Assembly (NCBI GenBank): GCA_027066365.1
Contig: JAMONV010000006.1
Coordinates: 3,532-67,531, forward strand
Length of the DNA: 64,000 nucleotides
Source of the DNA: Flavobacteriales bacterium
GTDB lineage: Bacteria; Bacteroidota; Bacteroidia; Flavobacteriales; Flavobacteriaceae
Direction of reading: 5' to 3'
Position 1 is the first letter of the stretch; each line of letters opens with the position of its first letter. A program made the translations under genes and the position numbers. The notes under the pieces are model-generated. The model was not told the DNA's origin and searched no databases. It worked only from the letters and a program-made list of their open reading frames with translations. Below are positions 31,101 through 41,066 of the stretch, piece by piece.

Positions 31101-31523
31101 TTAATTGTAGACGATTATGGTGTTGCCGTTGACGGTTACATGATAGGCTTTGAGGGGGTAATCGAGGTTGTTATTGACGGGTGAGCCGTTCAGCAGGTTG
31201 TAGGTATTTCCTTCGCAGGGGCATTGCACTTGCTGGTTATTCAATTGCATTCGCGAGCAATCGGAGGGGTAGTGATTGGGGTCGGAGGCTTCGAAGGCAT
31301 TATAGCCGTTTCCGGTATTGAAAAGAAAGAATCCTTTGATGCCTCCGTCGGGTATATAAACGGCGTTTCCGGCGTATTTCAGGGAGCTGTATCGGGGTAA
31401 ATCCGTATTGATTTCCTTGCGAAAAGAAACTTCGTTTAAGTAGGGATTCCGGTTGTTTTTTTCTTTACAACCGGACATTAAAATCGATAGTGCTATCAAT
31501 CCGTAGATGGCCGTTTGTTTCAT
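31101..31523 (-). CDS. Small lipoprotein, possibly a degenerate Rieske-like fold
   Basis: Lipobox LMSGC. The C-terminal CPCEGNTY ... YHVTVNGNTIIV resembles the second Rieske box (CPxHG) with His replaced, and the first box lacks Cys. Starts 2 nt after the S41 stop. Confidence 0.55.
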   Translation of the reverse strand: MKQTAIYGLIALSILMSGCKEKNNRNPYLNEVSFRKEINTDLPRYSSLKYAGNAVYIPDGGIKGFFLFNTGNGYNAFEASDPNHYPSDCSRMQLNNQQVQCPCEGNTYNLLNGSPVNNNLDYPLKAYHVTVNGNTIIVYN

Positions 31524-31525
31524 AA

Positions 31526-33610
31526 TTATTGTGTTTGGAGTGTTTGGAGTGCGTTGACGGCTTGTTCTACATAAGGATCCTTTTGCAAGTTTTCGATCCA
31601 GCGTTTTCGTTCGGTTTGGAAAACCGTGTCCCGGGTTTTGGCCACGGTATCTTCGGCAAGGCTTTCGAAGTGCAGATGATTATCATATTGTATGAGGCTG
31701 TCCAATCGTTTGGCTTTGGCTTGGTTTTGTTTGAGATAATTCAGGAATACGTTTTTTTGCAGGGGGTATATTTTTTGCCGGTTGTTTTGCTTGAACCATA
31801 AAGCGAGGGTATCCATGTAGCGGAAGATTTTCATGGTGTCGACGGTTTTACGGATGTTATCGACGGTTTGCTCGAAGTTGGTATAGCCGTTCCAGATGTG
31901 ATAATCGGTCGGTGAAATCATATCGAAAGGCATGGCTGTTTTTTGTCCTTTTTCGAGCAAGTTATCCAAGTAGTAGAACCGGTCGGGTAGTGAGATGTCG
32001 GGTTTGACGCCATTGCGTTGGGTTGAATTTCCGTTGATACGGTAGAATTTTTGGATGGTCCATTTTAGGGATCCGATGTTGTTTTTAGACAAATGGAGCA
32101 ATTGATTGAGGTCGATAAAGCGTTGTACGGTTCCTTTTCCATAGGTTTGTTTTCCGCCGATGATGACGGCGCGTTTGTAGTCTTGCAAAGCGGCTGCAAG
32201 AATTTCGGAAGCGGAAGCGGAGAGTTCGTTGACGAGCACGACAACGGGTTTATTCCAGATGACGGTTCCATGGTCTCTATCGCGCAGAACCCGCACTTGT
32301 CCGTTGTGATTTCGCACTTGAACGATGGGGCCCGAAGGGATAAAATAGCCGCCTATTTTGATGACATCGGCAAGGGAACCTCCGCCATTATTGCGCAAGT
32401 CGATGATGACGCCTTCGGCGCCGGCACGAAGGAGTTTTTTCAATTCCTTTTTCATATCGGAAGCGGAATTGCGGGCGTTTTCATGTTCGAAATCGTGGTA
32501 AAATTTGGGCAAGAGGATGTAGCCGAAGGTTCGTCCTTTGTTTTTTATGAGCAAGGATTTGGCGAAAGTTTCTTTCAGGATGACCTTATCGCGGACGATG
32601 GGAATTTCCACGATGTTTCCATTTAATTTTTTGACAGTCAGGTAGACGGTTGTGCCTTTGGGTCCTTTGATCAAGCGGACGAGTTTGTCCAGTCGCATAC
32701 CGACGGCGTCTATGGGTTGTTCTTCGTTTTGTTGGCGGACTTTTAGGATGATGTCGCCAACTTCGAGTTTGCCGTCGCGCCAAGCGGGGCCGCCGGGGAT
32801 GAGTTCCACGATTTTGGTATAAGGTCCTTCTTTTTGCAGTCGAGCGCCGATGCCTTCAAATGATCCGGCCATATCTACGTTGAAGCGATCGCGGTCGGAA
32901 GGTTTGAAGTAATTGGTGTGGGGGTCGTATAATTCGGCAAAGGTGTTGAAATAAATGGCGAGGTAGTCGGCGCGTTCCAGTTCGTTGAGGTTTTCGAAGA
33001 AATTATCGAAGTTTTTTTTGGTATTTTCTGTTCCTTTTTGTCGGTATTCTTCGTCGGTGTGGGTTTTAGACGAATCGCGATCTACGTCCATTTGGCTGGC
33101 GATATCGGTGAGGATGGAATATTTGATAAAGGCTTTCCATCGTTTTCTCAGGGCCTGTTTGTCGGTAGGGAAAGGGGTTGTGTCGTAGTCGGTATTGAGG
33201 GTATCGGGTTCGTTCAGGTCGATTGGTTGGGCGATAAGTTCACGGTAGATTTCGGCGGCTTCTTTTTGGCGTTTGATGAGGATGCCGTAGGCGGCGTCGA
33301 AGAAATCGAATCGGGCTTCCGTGATTTGATTATCCAGTGAATCACGATAGCGGGACAGATAAACGATGTCCGAGGCGAGGAAATAGCGTTTTGAGGGGTC
33401 GAAGCGTTTGATGATTTCGTCGAAGAATTGACGGGACAAGCTATCGTCAATGATGCGGGGCAAATAGTGATAGTTATTGAGCATATAGAGCATGGCTTCT
33501 ATGGTCAGGCGCTCGCTTTGCCGGTTTTCAAAACGGCGATAAATTTTCCAACCCGTAATGATGCCTGCGAGTAATAATAACAGGATAATTTTCTTGTAAT
33601 TTCGTTTCAT
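31526..33610 (-). CDS. S41 carboxy-terminal processing (tail-specific) peptidase
   Basis: Start set at MKRNYKK (33610). Has a PDZ-like region, RNNGGGSL and SASASEI catalytic Ser blocks, and a conserved Lys region (TYGKGTVQ). Confidence 0.85.
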   Translation of the reverse strand: MKRNYKKIILLLLLAGIITGWKIYRRFENRQSERLTIEAMLYMLNNYHYLPRIIDDSLSRQFFDEIIKRFDPSKRYFLASDIVYLSRYRDSLDNQITEARFDFFDAAYGILIKRQKEAAEIYRELIAQPIDLNEPDTLNTDYDTTPFPTDKQALRKRWKAFIKYSILTDIASQMDVDRDSSKTHTDEEYRQKGTENTKKNFDNFFENLNELERADYLAIYFNTFAELYDPHTNYFKPSDRDRFNVDMAGSFEGIGARLQKEGPYTKIVELIPGGPAWRDGKLEVGDIILKVRQQNEEQPIDAVGMRLDKLVRLIKGPKGTTVYLTVKKLNGNIVEIPIVRDKVILKETFAKSLLIKNKGRTFGYILLPKFYHDFEHENARNSASDMKKELKKLLRAGAEGVIIDLRNNGGGSLADVIKIGGYFIPSGPIVQVRNHNGQVRVLRDRDHGTVIWNKPVVVLVNELSASASEILAAALQDYKRAVIIGGKQTYGKGTVQRFIDLNQLLHLSKNNIGSLKWTIQKFYRINGNSTQRNGVKPDISLPDRFYYLDNLLEKGQKTAMPFDMISPTDYHIWNGYTNFEQTVDNIRKTVDTMKIFRYMDTLALWFKQNNRQKIYPLQKNVFLNYLKQNQAKAKRLDSLIQYDNHLHFESLAEDTVAKTRDTVFQTERKRWIENLQKDPYVEQAVNALQTLQTQ

Positions 33611-33856
33611 AAAAGTGGTAATTTTCACGGTCATTTTGATAAAACGAAAATCGTGCCTAAAAAGTATCGTTAACAAATATCCGAAAAAAATCGTTCATAT
33701 GGAAAGGATTTGAAAAGGAATTACGTCAAGCGCTCGAATCGGGGAATTTTCGGGATATAATTTGTTTGGCTTTCCGGGAAGGGGATAATCCTAAAAAGGT
33801 TGATTGTTTCCGAATATTTAGAAAAGGGTTGAAAGGAGTTTTGGGTTGCGGGTTTA

Positions 33857-34714
33857 TCAGGGGGTGAAATCGATATAATCTTCGGGATTTACGGGTTTTC
33901 CGTTGTACCAGAGCTCGAAATGCAAGTGGGGACCGGTGGTATTTTCGCCCTCATTTCCCGAGGCGGCGATGACTTCGCCGGCTTTTACGTGTTCGCCTTC
34001 GTGTTTGTATAGTTTTTTGTTGTGTTTATATACGGAGAGGAAGTTTCCGGGATGTTTGATTAGGATGATATTGCCGTTTTTTTCGGACCATTCGGCCAAA
34101 ACGACGGTTCCGTTGGCGATGGCTTTGACGGGGGTGTTGTTTTTGAGGATGATATCGGTTCCGAAATGGTTTTTTGTTCGATTGAAATGTCTGCTGATCA
34201 TTCCTTTGGCGGGCGGGATAAATTGATTTTGGGCGTTGACGGTTGTTTGTCCGCCGAATTTTTGTTTTTCTTCGACTTCTTTTCGGAGGATTGAATCTTC
34301 TTTGGAGGGAGTCAAATTCAGACTGTCGGGGTGGTAAATAAATTTTTTGGGAGGTTTTCGATGTAGTGAGCCGGGGTTGATATCGCCGGAAATAATCATA
34401 CGCAGTTGGTCTAAATAGCGTCCTTGAGTTTCCACCAAATGTTTCAGGGAATCGTTTTTTTCGGCTAATTGGAAGATGTCATTTTTCAGGCTTGTTTGGG
34501 GGTATCCGGGGATATATTCTTTGAGGGGGGTATGGGCGATGAGCAAGAATGTTCCGAGGATAAGGAATAAAGCGATAAGTCCGGTAATTACAAAAACGTT
34601 CAACCGGTTCAGGCTCATATCGAGTTTGTGCTCAAAGGTATCTTCGTCGATAATGAGCAGGCGGTATTTGTCGGTGAGTTTTTGAAATAGTGAACGTTTT
34701 TTTTCTTCGGTCAT
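33857..34714 (-). CDS. M23 family peptidoglycan metalloendopeptidase
   Basis: Start set at MTEEKK (34714), just after the stop of the upstream gene. N-terminal TM, with HFGTD and HLHFELW zinc-ligand motifs. Confidence 0.85.
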   Translation of the reverse strand: MTEEKKRSLFQKLTDKYRLLIIDEDTFEHKLDMSLNRLNVFVITGLIALFLILGTFLLIAHTPLKEYIPGYPQTSLKNDIFQLAEKNDSLKHLVETQGRYLDQLRMIISGDINPGSLHRKPPKKFIYHPDSLNLTPSKEDSILRKEVEEKQKFGGQTTVNAQNQFIPPAKGMISRHFNRTKNHFGTDIILKNNTPVKAIANGTVVLAEWSEKNGNIILIKHPGNFLSVYKHNKKLYKHEGEHVKAGEVIAASGNEGENTTGPHLHFELWYNGKPVNPEDYIDFTP

Positions 34715-34719
34715 AAGGG

Positions 34720-36330
34720 TTAATTGAAATGTAAGGATAGGGATAGTTGGAATCCTTTGTTGGGCGGCACATAGCGGCAAACGCCGCCGACACAAATTAA
34801 TCCTCCGCGTGTTCTTCCATAGCCTAGGGAAATGCGGTTTCCTTTGTTTGTGTAGAGCAAACCGGCGTTGTAGTAGTGGATTTTGGTATCGCCGTAGTTA
34901 TACATATCGGTGAAGTAGATGCCATATCGTCCTGTCAATGTATATTCGAAGCTTCCGGCGGCCCAGTTTTTTTGGTCTTGGCGGGTGGCGAGGTGTTCAA
35001 GGGAAAAATTCAATGATGAATAATGCGGTAATTTCCATGTCCATGCAGATACGACGGTAAAGGCTTCGACGGTTTCGCCGTGTCCTTCGAGTTTTCTTTG
35101 GTTGTAGGTTTGGTGAATCAGGTGCAGGGCGGTTTTTATTTTCCGGTTGATTTTTTTCTTGATATTGAAATTGATATCGCGGTAATATAATTCACCGGCT
35201 TCCCAATAATTGCGCCGATAGATTCCGAGGGCGGGGATGAATTGTGCGTTCAATCCGTGCCATTGAGCCAAGTTAAAGGAAAGTAACGTTCCGTATTTTC
35301 CACCTAATAATGTTTTCTTTTTTATTTTGTAGAAAATGTCCAATTGTCCTCCGATTTCGCCTACGGATTCGTCGGTGAAGGAGATGCTTTCATTAGTGGC
35401 ATAAACGTAAAGGGTGGTAAGGAGGAAGTCGTGTTGTTTGACTAATGAGGGTAGGTAATTGACCGTTCCTGTGTTATAGAAGTTTCCTTGCAGTTCGCGC
35501 CGGGTGTAAAGTTGCATGTTTTCGCTACGGCGGAAAGAGGCGGAGATGCCTAATCCCCGGGTGGAATAACCGGCATAAGCGATCAAGGCGTCGCCGTCGA
35601 ATAAAACTCTGTCGTTGATCACGCCGTTGGTATATAAGGCTTCGGGAGTTTTGTAGGCATATTCGAAGCCGAAGTCCCATTTCCCGGAATTAAACCGGGT
35701 GTTGAGTGAATATATTTCCACGGTAGGTTTCAGATTGAGGTTGTTATCCACCGGTTGAAAACGGGAGGTTAGATTGGGGTTGAAAGTGAAATTACCCAAG
35801 GAGGTAGTGACAGGGATTTCTATGCTCAATCCACTGATGGATGCGGATGACAATTCCATACCCGTTCGCATATTTCCGGTGAGGGCAATCAATTTGATTC
35901 CCGATGGTAAGTTGTATTTTATTCTTAAACCTCGAATGGCATTATCGATGCCGAGAGTTCGGGAGCGCCAGGTACGGAGGGTTAATCCGTTGCCGAATTG
36001 TTGATAGAAATAGCCGGCGGTGATATCCAGATTTTTTTTGCGGTATCGAATGAAGTAATCGGTCAGGAGGTTTCCTTGCAAGCGGGGGTTGTAGCCCAGA
36101 AGCGGTCCGGGTACGTAAGTTTCAAGGACAGCGCCGGCTGTCCAAGGGCCTTTTCGGATGTCAAGCGTGAAGTAATGCATTCCGCGTAAATGTCCTTCTG
36201 GAGCCGAGAAATGTGTCAGGCTGTCGTTTTCGTAGTATTGTGTGGTGGAAAACAGGCTTCCGGAGATACTTTGTGTGTGAACATGTTGGAAAATCAACCA
36301 GAATAGGGGAAATACGAGGGTTCTTTTCAT
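34720..36330 (-). CDS. Predicted outer-membrane beta-barrel protein of unknown function
   Basis: Signal peptide. Alternating aromatic/glycine-rich beta-strand pattern throughout the 536 aa. Ends LSLSLHFN. No motif I can name. Confidence 0.6.
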   Translation of the reverse strand: MKRTLVFPLFWLIFQHVHTQSISGSLFSTTQYYENDSLTHFSAPEGHLRGMHYFTLDIRKGPWTAGAVLETYVPGPLLGYNPRLQGNLLTDYFIRYRKKNLDITAGYFYQQFGNGLTLRTWRSRTLGIDNAIRGLRIKYNLPSGIKLIALTGNMRTGMELSSASISGLSIEIPVTTSLGNFTFNPNLTSRFQPVDNNLNLKPTVEIYSLNTRFNSGKWDFGFEYAYKTPEALYTNGVINDRVLFDGDALIAYAGYSTRGLGISASFRRSENMQLYTRRELQGNFYNTGTVNYLPSLVKQHDFLLTTLYVYATNESISFTDESVGEIGGQLDIFYKIKKKTLLGGKYGTLLSFNLAQWHGLNAQFIPALGIYRRNYWEAGELYYRDINFNIKKKINRKIKTALHLIHQTYNQRKLEGHGETVEAFTVVSAWTWKLPHYSSLNFSLEHLATRQDQKNWAAGSFEYTLTGRYGIYFTDMYNYGDTKIHYYNAGLLYTNKGNRISLGYGRTRGGLICVGGVCRYVPPNKGFQLSLSLHFN

Positions 36331-36336
36331 GAAGGT

Positions 36337-36822
36337 TTATTTAAGTTTTTTAATAAAATCGAGTAATTCTTGCTCGCTTCCGGGTGAATAGCTGTTTTTG
36401 CTGAAAACGATTTTACCTTTATGAATAACGATAAGATAGGGAACGGAATTGATGTGCAATGCGCGTTGCAGGTCGCCGTTGAAATCGTGATATACTTTGT
36501 ATGGCCAGTCGCGTCCGTTGACCATGGGTTTGATGCGGTGAGCGGTTTTGTTGTCGTCTACCGAGACGGCGATGAGTTTAACGCCGGTTTCGTCTTGCCA
36601 ATCTTCGTATTCATCGGCGATGGCGTCGAGTTCGCGAATACACGGAACACACCAAGTGGCCCAAAAACTGACGATAACGGGTTTGTCGCCGTTGTCGATT
36701 ATATCGGAAAAAGCATGTTCTTTTCCTTGTAAGTCCTTAACTTGGCCGTCGGGAATCGGGGCAAGTGTAACAAAAACCGGGAAAATCAATCCTATAAGTG
36801 AGAGTGGAAAAAATTTGGTCAT
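36337..36822 (-). CDS. TlpA/ResA-like periplasmic thiol:disulfide oxidoreductase
   Basis: Signal/anchor sequence plus the WATWCVPC thioredoxin active site. 161 aa. Confidence 0.8.
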   Translation of the reverse strand: MTKFFPLSLIGLIFPVFVTLAPIPDGQVKDLQGKEHAFSDIIDNGDKPVIVSFWATWCVPCIRELDAIADEYEDWQDETGVKLIAVSVDDNKTAHRIKPMVNGRDWPYKVYHDFNGDLQRALHINSVPYLIVIHKGKIVFSKNSYSPGSEQELLDFIKKLK

Positions 36823-36875
36823 AAGAAATAATTTTTGTGCAAGTTTAATAAATTAATCTCAAAAACAATACCAAA

Positions 36876-37358
36876 ATGATGGATACGAATAAGAACAAAG
36901 GATTTTATCGAAGTGACCGCCACCGTTATATTTTTGGTGTGTGCGGCGGAATGGCCGAATACTTGCAGATGGATGTTTTTATCCTCAGGTTGCTTTGTAT
37001 TTTGATGTTTTTCTTAGCCGGACCGGTAACTTTATTGATATATTTGGTATTTGCCATAGCCATGCCGGCTCAACCTGAAGAATGGAGGGGTGATTTGGAA
37101 GAGGTCCGGTTTTCGGAGGAAAAAACATCCGGCGAGCGTTCCAATGTTTTGTTGGGGATTTTATTGATCACGCTGGGGATAATTTTTTTGTTCGATCAGT
37201 ATTTGAGATGGGTTAACTGGCGTAAATTATGGCCGGTTGTGTTGATTATTTTGGGTGTGTATTTACTTATTTCCAAGAATGAAAGTGAAGGTTCGGTAAT
37301 GAATGAAAAATCCGTTGATTCGGAAAAACAGAGTAAGCAAGATGAAACATCCGATTAA
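36876..37358 (+). CDS. PspC domain-containing membrane protein
   Basis: Typical PspC N-terminus YRSDRHRYIFGVCGGMAEYLQMDVFILRLL followed by TM helices. Confidence 0.8.
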   Translation: MMDTNKNKGFYRSDRHRYIFGVCGGMAEYLQMDVFILRLLCILMFFLAGPVTLLIYLVFAIAMPAQPEEWRGDLEEVRFSEEKTSGERSNVLLGILLITLGIIFLFDQYLRWVNWRKLWPVVLIILGVYLLISKNESEGSVMNEKSVDSEKQSKQDETSD

Positions 37359-37382
37359 TGTAAATCATAAAAACAAATAACT

Positions 37383-38345
37383 ATGAAAACAAGCGAGAAT
37401 AATAGTAATCTTTATGCCGGAGTGTTTTTGATATTGCTGGGCATTACTTTTTTGGCGAATAATTTCGGTTGGATAGATGTGTCTTTTTCACAGATTTCGC
37501 ATATGTGGCCGTTGTTGTTAATCTTTTGGGGGTTGCGTTATTTGGCTATACGAGAGCCGTGGCGGGCGATCGTTAATTTCGGGATGATGATTTTGTTTTT
37601 CGGTTTGTTATTTACGAGCCGGAAACAGCATTTTAGCTTTCATTTCGATTTTTCGCGGAATGAAAGCCGGGAAATGATAGCCGATGATGCGGATGATGAT
37701 GCGGAAGCGGAAGGAACAGGTCGCTATGATGTGGTATACAGCATCGAAATGAACAATGACATTCGGTTTGGGACCTTGAAAATGAATATTCCTACTTCGG
37801 ATTTTCATTTGGAAAAAACTACAAACGAGTTATTCCGGTTGGTAGGTGAAGATATATTTTTCGGTTTGAAGAAGGAAGTGGATATTCAAGGCAATCGTGC
37901 CGTGATTTCTTTTAAGCCTGAAAAACGGAATGTCGATTTGCATTCGAGATTTTCGCCGGATATTGATTTACAGTTAAATGCCGGTCCGGTTTGGGATATG
38001 GATATTTCAACCGGGGCTTCATCATTGGAAATGGATTTGCGTCCGTTTAAAGTGAGGCGTGTTACGGTGGAGTCGGGTGCGTCGTCGGTGGATTTAACTT
38101 TGGGTAATAAATTGCCTGATACGAGGGTAAAGATTAATTCGGGTGCGTCGTCGGTTCACTTGAATGTTCCGGAGGATGCGGGGGTGGAAGTTCGTTTCTC
38201 GGATGTAATGAGCACACGGATGTTAGAAGGATTTAAGAAGAAACGGAAAAATATCTATGTGACGGAAAATTTTGATAAGGCAGGTCATAAGATTTATATT
38301 AACATTGAGTCGGCTTTAGGTTCTTTTGAAGTGGATCGTTATTGA
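37383..38345 (+). CDS. LiaF-like membrane protein with C-terminal toastrack (DUF4097/DUF2154-like) domain
   Basis: N-terminal 3-4 TM helices. The C-terminal region has three ~23-aa spaced GASS repeats (TGASSLEMDL, SGASSVDLTL, SGASSVHLNV), typical of the toastrack beta-helix. Confidence 0.65.
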   Translation: MKTSENNSNLYAGVFLILLGITFLANNFGWIDVSFSQISHMWPLLLIFWGLRYLAIREPWRAIVNFGMMILFFGLLFTSRKQHFSFHFDFSRNESREMIADDADDDAEAEGTGRYDVVYSIEMNNDIRFGTLKMNIPTSDFHLEKTTNELFRLVGEDIFFGLKKEVDIQGNRAVISFKPEKRNVDLHSRFSPDIDLQLNAGPVWDMDISTGASSLEMDLRPFKVRRVTVESGASSVDLTLGNKLPDTRVKINSGASSVHLNVPEDAGVEVRFSDVMSTRMLEGFKKKRKNIYVTENFDKAGHKIYINIESALGSFEVDRY

Positions 38346-38461
38346 TATAAGAATTTTTTATGAAGCTAATGAAAATTCGGTTTATGGAAGAATACGATAC
38401 CGATTTGTTGGTTTTTGCTTGTCAAACGGTGATTTAGGTTCAAAATGCGTAATTTTATCTC

Positions 38462-38761
38462 ATGAAGCGCCTTTCGGTGATATTGTCGTATCCGTTTATC
38501 GGGTTGATTCGGTTTTATCAGTTGGCCGTATCGCCGTATTTGGGTAGTAATTGTCGTTATACGCCCACATGTTCACAATATAGCATTGAGGCTTTGAGGA
38601 CTCATGGAATCATTGCCGGGAGTTTTTTGGCCGTACGGCGGATTTTGTCCTGTCATCCCTGGGGCGGTTCCGGTTATGATCCGGTGCCGACGCGGGAAGA
38701 ATTGAAAAATCGAATCAAAACCGTTAAATTGCGCTATCATAAAAAACGGCATAAGAAATGA
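38462..38761 (+). CDS. yidD: Membrane protein insertion efficiency factor YidD
   Basis: Family signature [28 protein letters not shown] and [13 protein letters not shown]. Confidence 0.85.
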   Translation: MKRLSVILSYPFIGLIRFYQLAVSPYLGSNCRYTPTCSQYSIEALRTHGIIAGSFLAVRRILSCHPWGGSGYDPVPTREELKNRIKTVKLRYHKKRHKK

Positions 38762-39615
38762 ATATATTGGCCTTGGTGTGGAATCCTAAATTGGGATTGG
38801 ATTTGGGATTTATTACGATTCGTTATTACAGCTTGATGTATGTTTTGGGTTTTATTGCCGGATATTACATCATGAAAAAGGTTTTTCGTCGTGAAGGAGA
38901 AAATGAAGAATTGCTGGATCCTTTGTTGGTTTATATAGCGGTCGGTTTGATTATCGGTGCTAGGTTGGGGCATGTTTTTTTCTATGATTGGCCTTATTTT
39001 AAACACCATATCAGTGAGATTTTCCTTCCTTTCCGGCTTGAGCCCCGGTTTGAGTTTACGGGATTTCAGGGGCTAGCTAGTCATGGGGCTACGATAGGCA
39101 TTGCGATTGCCGCTTTTTTATTTTGGCGAAAGTATAAGCATCAAATCCGTCATAAAGATTTTGTTTGGTGGGTGGACCGTTTGATTTTGACCATTCCGTT
39201 TGGCGGTGCGATGATTCGTATCGGAAATTTGATCAATTCCGAAATAATCGGAAAACCGACGGGTTCGTCATGGGGAATTATTTATCAATCGTTAGGCGAA
39301 AACATACCTCGTCATCCTACGCAATTATATGAGGCGGGAGCTTATTTATTGTTATTCGTTTTGGTAATGTATCTTTATTGGAAAACGGAAGTTCCGCACT
39401 ATAGGGGATTGTTATTCGGGATCTTTTTTACGTTGCTTTGGGTGATACGTTTCTTTATCGAATTTTGGAAAATCACTCAGCGTGATGAGCCGACGGTGTT
39501 GATGAAAATTACGGGATTAAACACGGGCCAGTTATTGAGCATTCCTTTTGCTTTGGTGGGATTGGCCGTTGTTATTTGGTCGTTGAAAAATAAGTCTGAA
39601 CATTTGAAAGCATGA
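38758..39615 (+). CDS. lgt: Prolipoprotein diacylglyceryl transferase
   Basis: ATGA overlap with yidD. Motifs [12 protein letters not shown] and HPTQLYEA. Polytopic, 285 aa. Confidence 0.9.
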   Translation: MNILALVWNPKLGLDLGFITIRYYSLMYVLGFIAGYYIMKKVFRREGENEELLDPLLVYIAVGLIIGARLGHVFFYDWPYFKHHISEIFLPFRLEPRFEFTGFQGLASHGATIGIAIAAFLFWRKYKHQIRHKDFVWWVDRLILTIPFGGAMIRIGNLINSEIIGKPTGSSWGIIYQSLGENIPRHPTQLYEAGAYLLLFVLVMYLYWKTEVPHYRGLLFGIFFTLLWVIRFFIEFWKITQRDEPTVLMKITGLNTGQLLSIPFALVGLAVVIWSLKNKSEHLKA

Positions 39616-40091
39616 GGGAGTTGATTTTGGCTTTTATTTTATTGATGTTTTTTTCGTGTTCCGGAACGGGTGAAGTTAAGTCACAAAAATCCGGCGGGCA
39701 AGAAAATGTTTTTCGTGAAGATGTGAAAGTTCACATAATAGACGGAAAGGATACGTTAGCTACGTTTAAGACGGAAGTTGCCGCTGATGAATATAAGCGT
39801 GAAACGGGTTTGATGTATCGCAAGCAAATGGATGACGACCGGGCCATGTTGTTTGTTTTTGAAGATGAAGATGTGCGTTTTTTTTATATGAAGAACACCT
39901 ACATTCCATTGGATATCATTTATATCGGATCGGATAGCACGATCGTTTCGATTGCCAAGCGGGCAAATCCGTTGGACGAGACGCCGTTGTCTTCGTATTA
40001 TCCCGCGCGTTTTGTTTTGGAAATAAAAGGCGGATTGGGCGACCGTTTGGGTATTCACAAAGGCAATAAAATATCGATTGAAAAAAGATGA
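39612..40091 (+). CDS. DUF192 domain protein (secreted/lipoprotein)
   Basis: ATGA overlap with lgt. Lipobox-like FFSC. DUF192-like core MLFVFEDEDV..FYMKNTYIPLDIIYI. Confidence 0.65.
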   Translation: MRELILAFILLMFFSCSGTGEVKSQKSGGQENVFREDVKVHIIDGKDTLATFKTEVAADEYKRETGLMYRKQMDDDRAMLFVFEDEDVRFFYMKNTYIPLDIIYIGSDSTIVSIAKRANPLDETPLSSYYPARFVLEIKGGLGDRLGIHKGNKISIEKR

Positions 40092-41023
40092 ATAATCCAC
40101 AAATTGTCGAGGGCCGTATTGCACATTATCAATGGGAAAAATCGGCAATGGCGGTTGGGTCGTTCGATGGTATGCATAGGGGTCATCAGTATTTGATTTC
40201 CACTTTATCACGGCATGCGAGGCAAAAAGGATTGCATTCGGTTTTGTTTACGTTTCATCCGCATCCGGCTTATGTTTTACGTCCCGAATCGGCGCCGTCT
40301 TTGTTAACGACATTGAGTGAGAAAAAATTTCTTTTGCGCCGCACGTCATTGGATAAAGCGGTCATTTATCCTTTTAGCGAATCTTTTGCCGCAATGCCTG
40401 CGAAATCCTTTCTGAAGTTTTTAAAATCCCGGTTCGGATTGCGTTTATTATTGGTGGGTTATGATCATGTTTTCGGTAGTGACCGGATATCGGATCCGGA
40501 GTTGTTGAAGGCATTGTCGGATGAATTGGGTATTGAAACGGTTTTCGGTGATTGTTATCAACATAAGGGTGTAATAGTTAGTTCTACTAAAATCAGGAAG
40601 TTGCTTATTGAAGGCCAAATTGAGCGGGCCAATGCATTGCTCGGCTATGATTATATGATGGAGGGCGAGGTGGTTCACGGGAGTAAATTCGGGAGAAAGA
40701 TCGGGTTTCCTACGGCGAATTTAGCGCTTCCCGATCCTCACAAATTGGTGCCGCTTGAGGGGGTTTATGTCGTTGGGGTTGAAATGCCCGGAAAAAAGAA
40801 GTATAACGGCGTTTTAAATATCGGACAAAAACCGACGATTAACCGTGAAAAAACAAAGCATATCGAAGTGCATATTTTAAATTTTGAAGGTGACTTATAT
40901 GGAGAAAAGCTTCGTATTCGTTTTTTGAAGCGTTTACGTGCCGAACAAAAATTTTCTTCGATAGAAGCCTTAAGGAAACAAATCGAAGAAGATATTATCA
41001 ATGCGGTGCGGTTAATCAACTAA
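40088..41023 (+). CDS. ribF: Bifunctional riboflavin kinase / FMN adenylyltransferase
   Basis: N-terminal GSFDGMHRGHQ nucleotidyltransferase motif and a C-terminal kinase block (GFPTANL, EVHILNFEGDLYG). Confidence 0.9.
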   Translation: MNNPQIVEGRIAHYQWEKSAMAVGSFDGMHRGHQYLISTLSRHARQKGLHSVLFTFHPHPAYVLRPESAPSLLTTLSEKKFLLRRTSLDKAVIYPFSESFAAMPAKSFLKFLKSRFGLRLLLVGYDHVFGSDRISDPELLKALSDELGIETVFGDCYQHKGVIVSSTKIRKLLIEGQIERANALLGYDYMMEGEVVHGSKFGRKIGFPTANLALPDPHKLVPLEGVYVVGVEMPGKKKYNGVLNIGQKPTINREKTKHIEVHILNFEGDLYGEKLRIRFLKRLRAEQKFSSIEALRKQIEEDIINAVRLIN

Positions 41024-41025
41024 AA

Positions 41026-41044
41026 ACCGGGAAAAATTCCCGGT
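41026..41044. terminator. Bidirectional hairpin between convergent ribF and the downstream minus-strand gene
   Basis: ACCGGGA / TCCCGGT stem with an A-rich loop, flanked by A-run and T-run. Confidence 0.55.
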
Positions 41045-41066
41045 CTTTCTAATATTTGCCTTGCAA

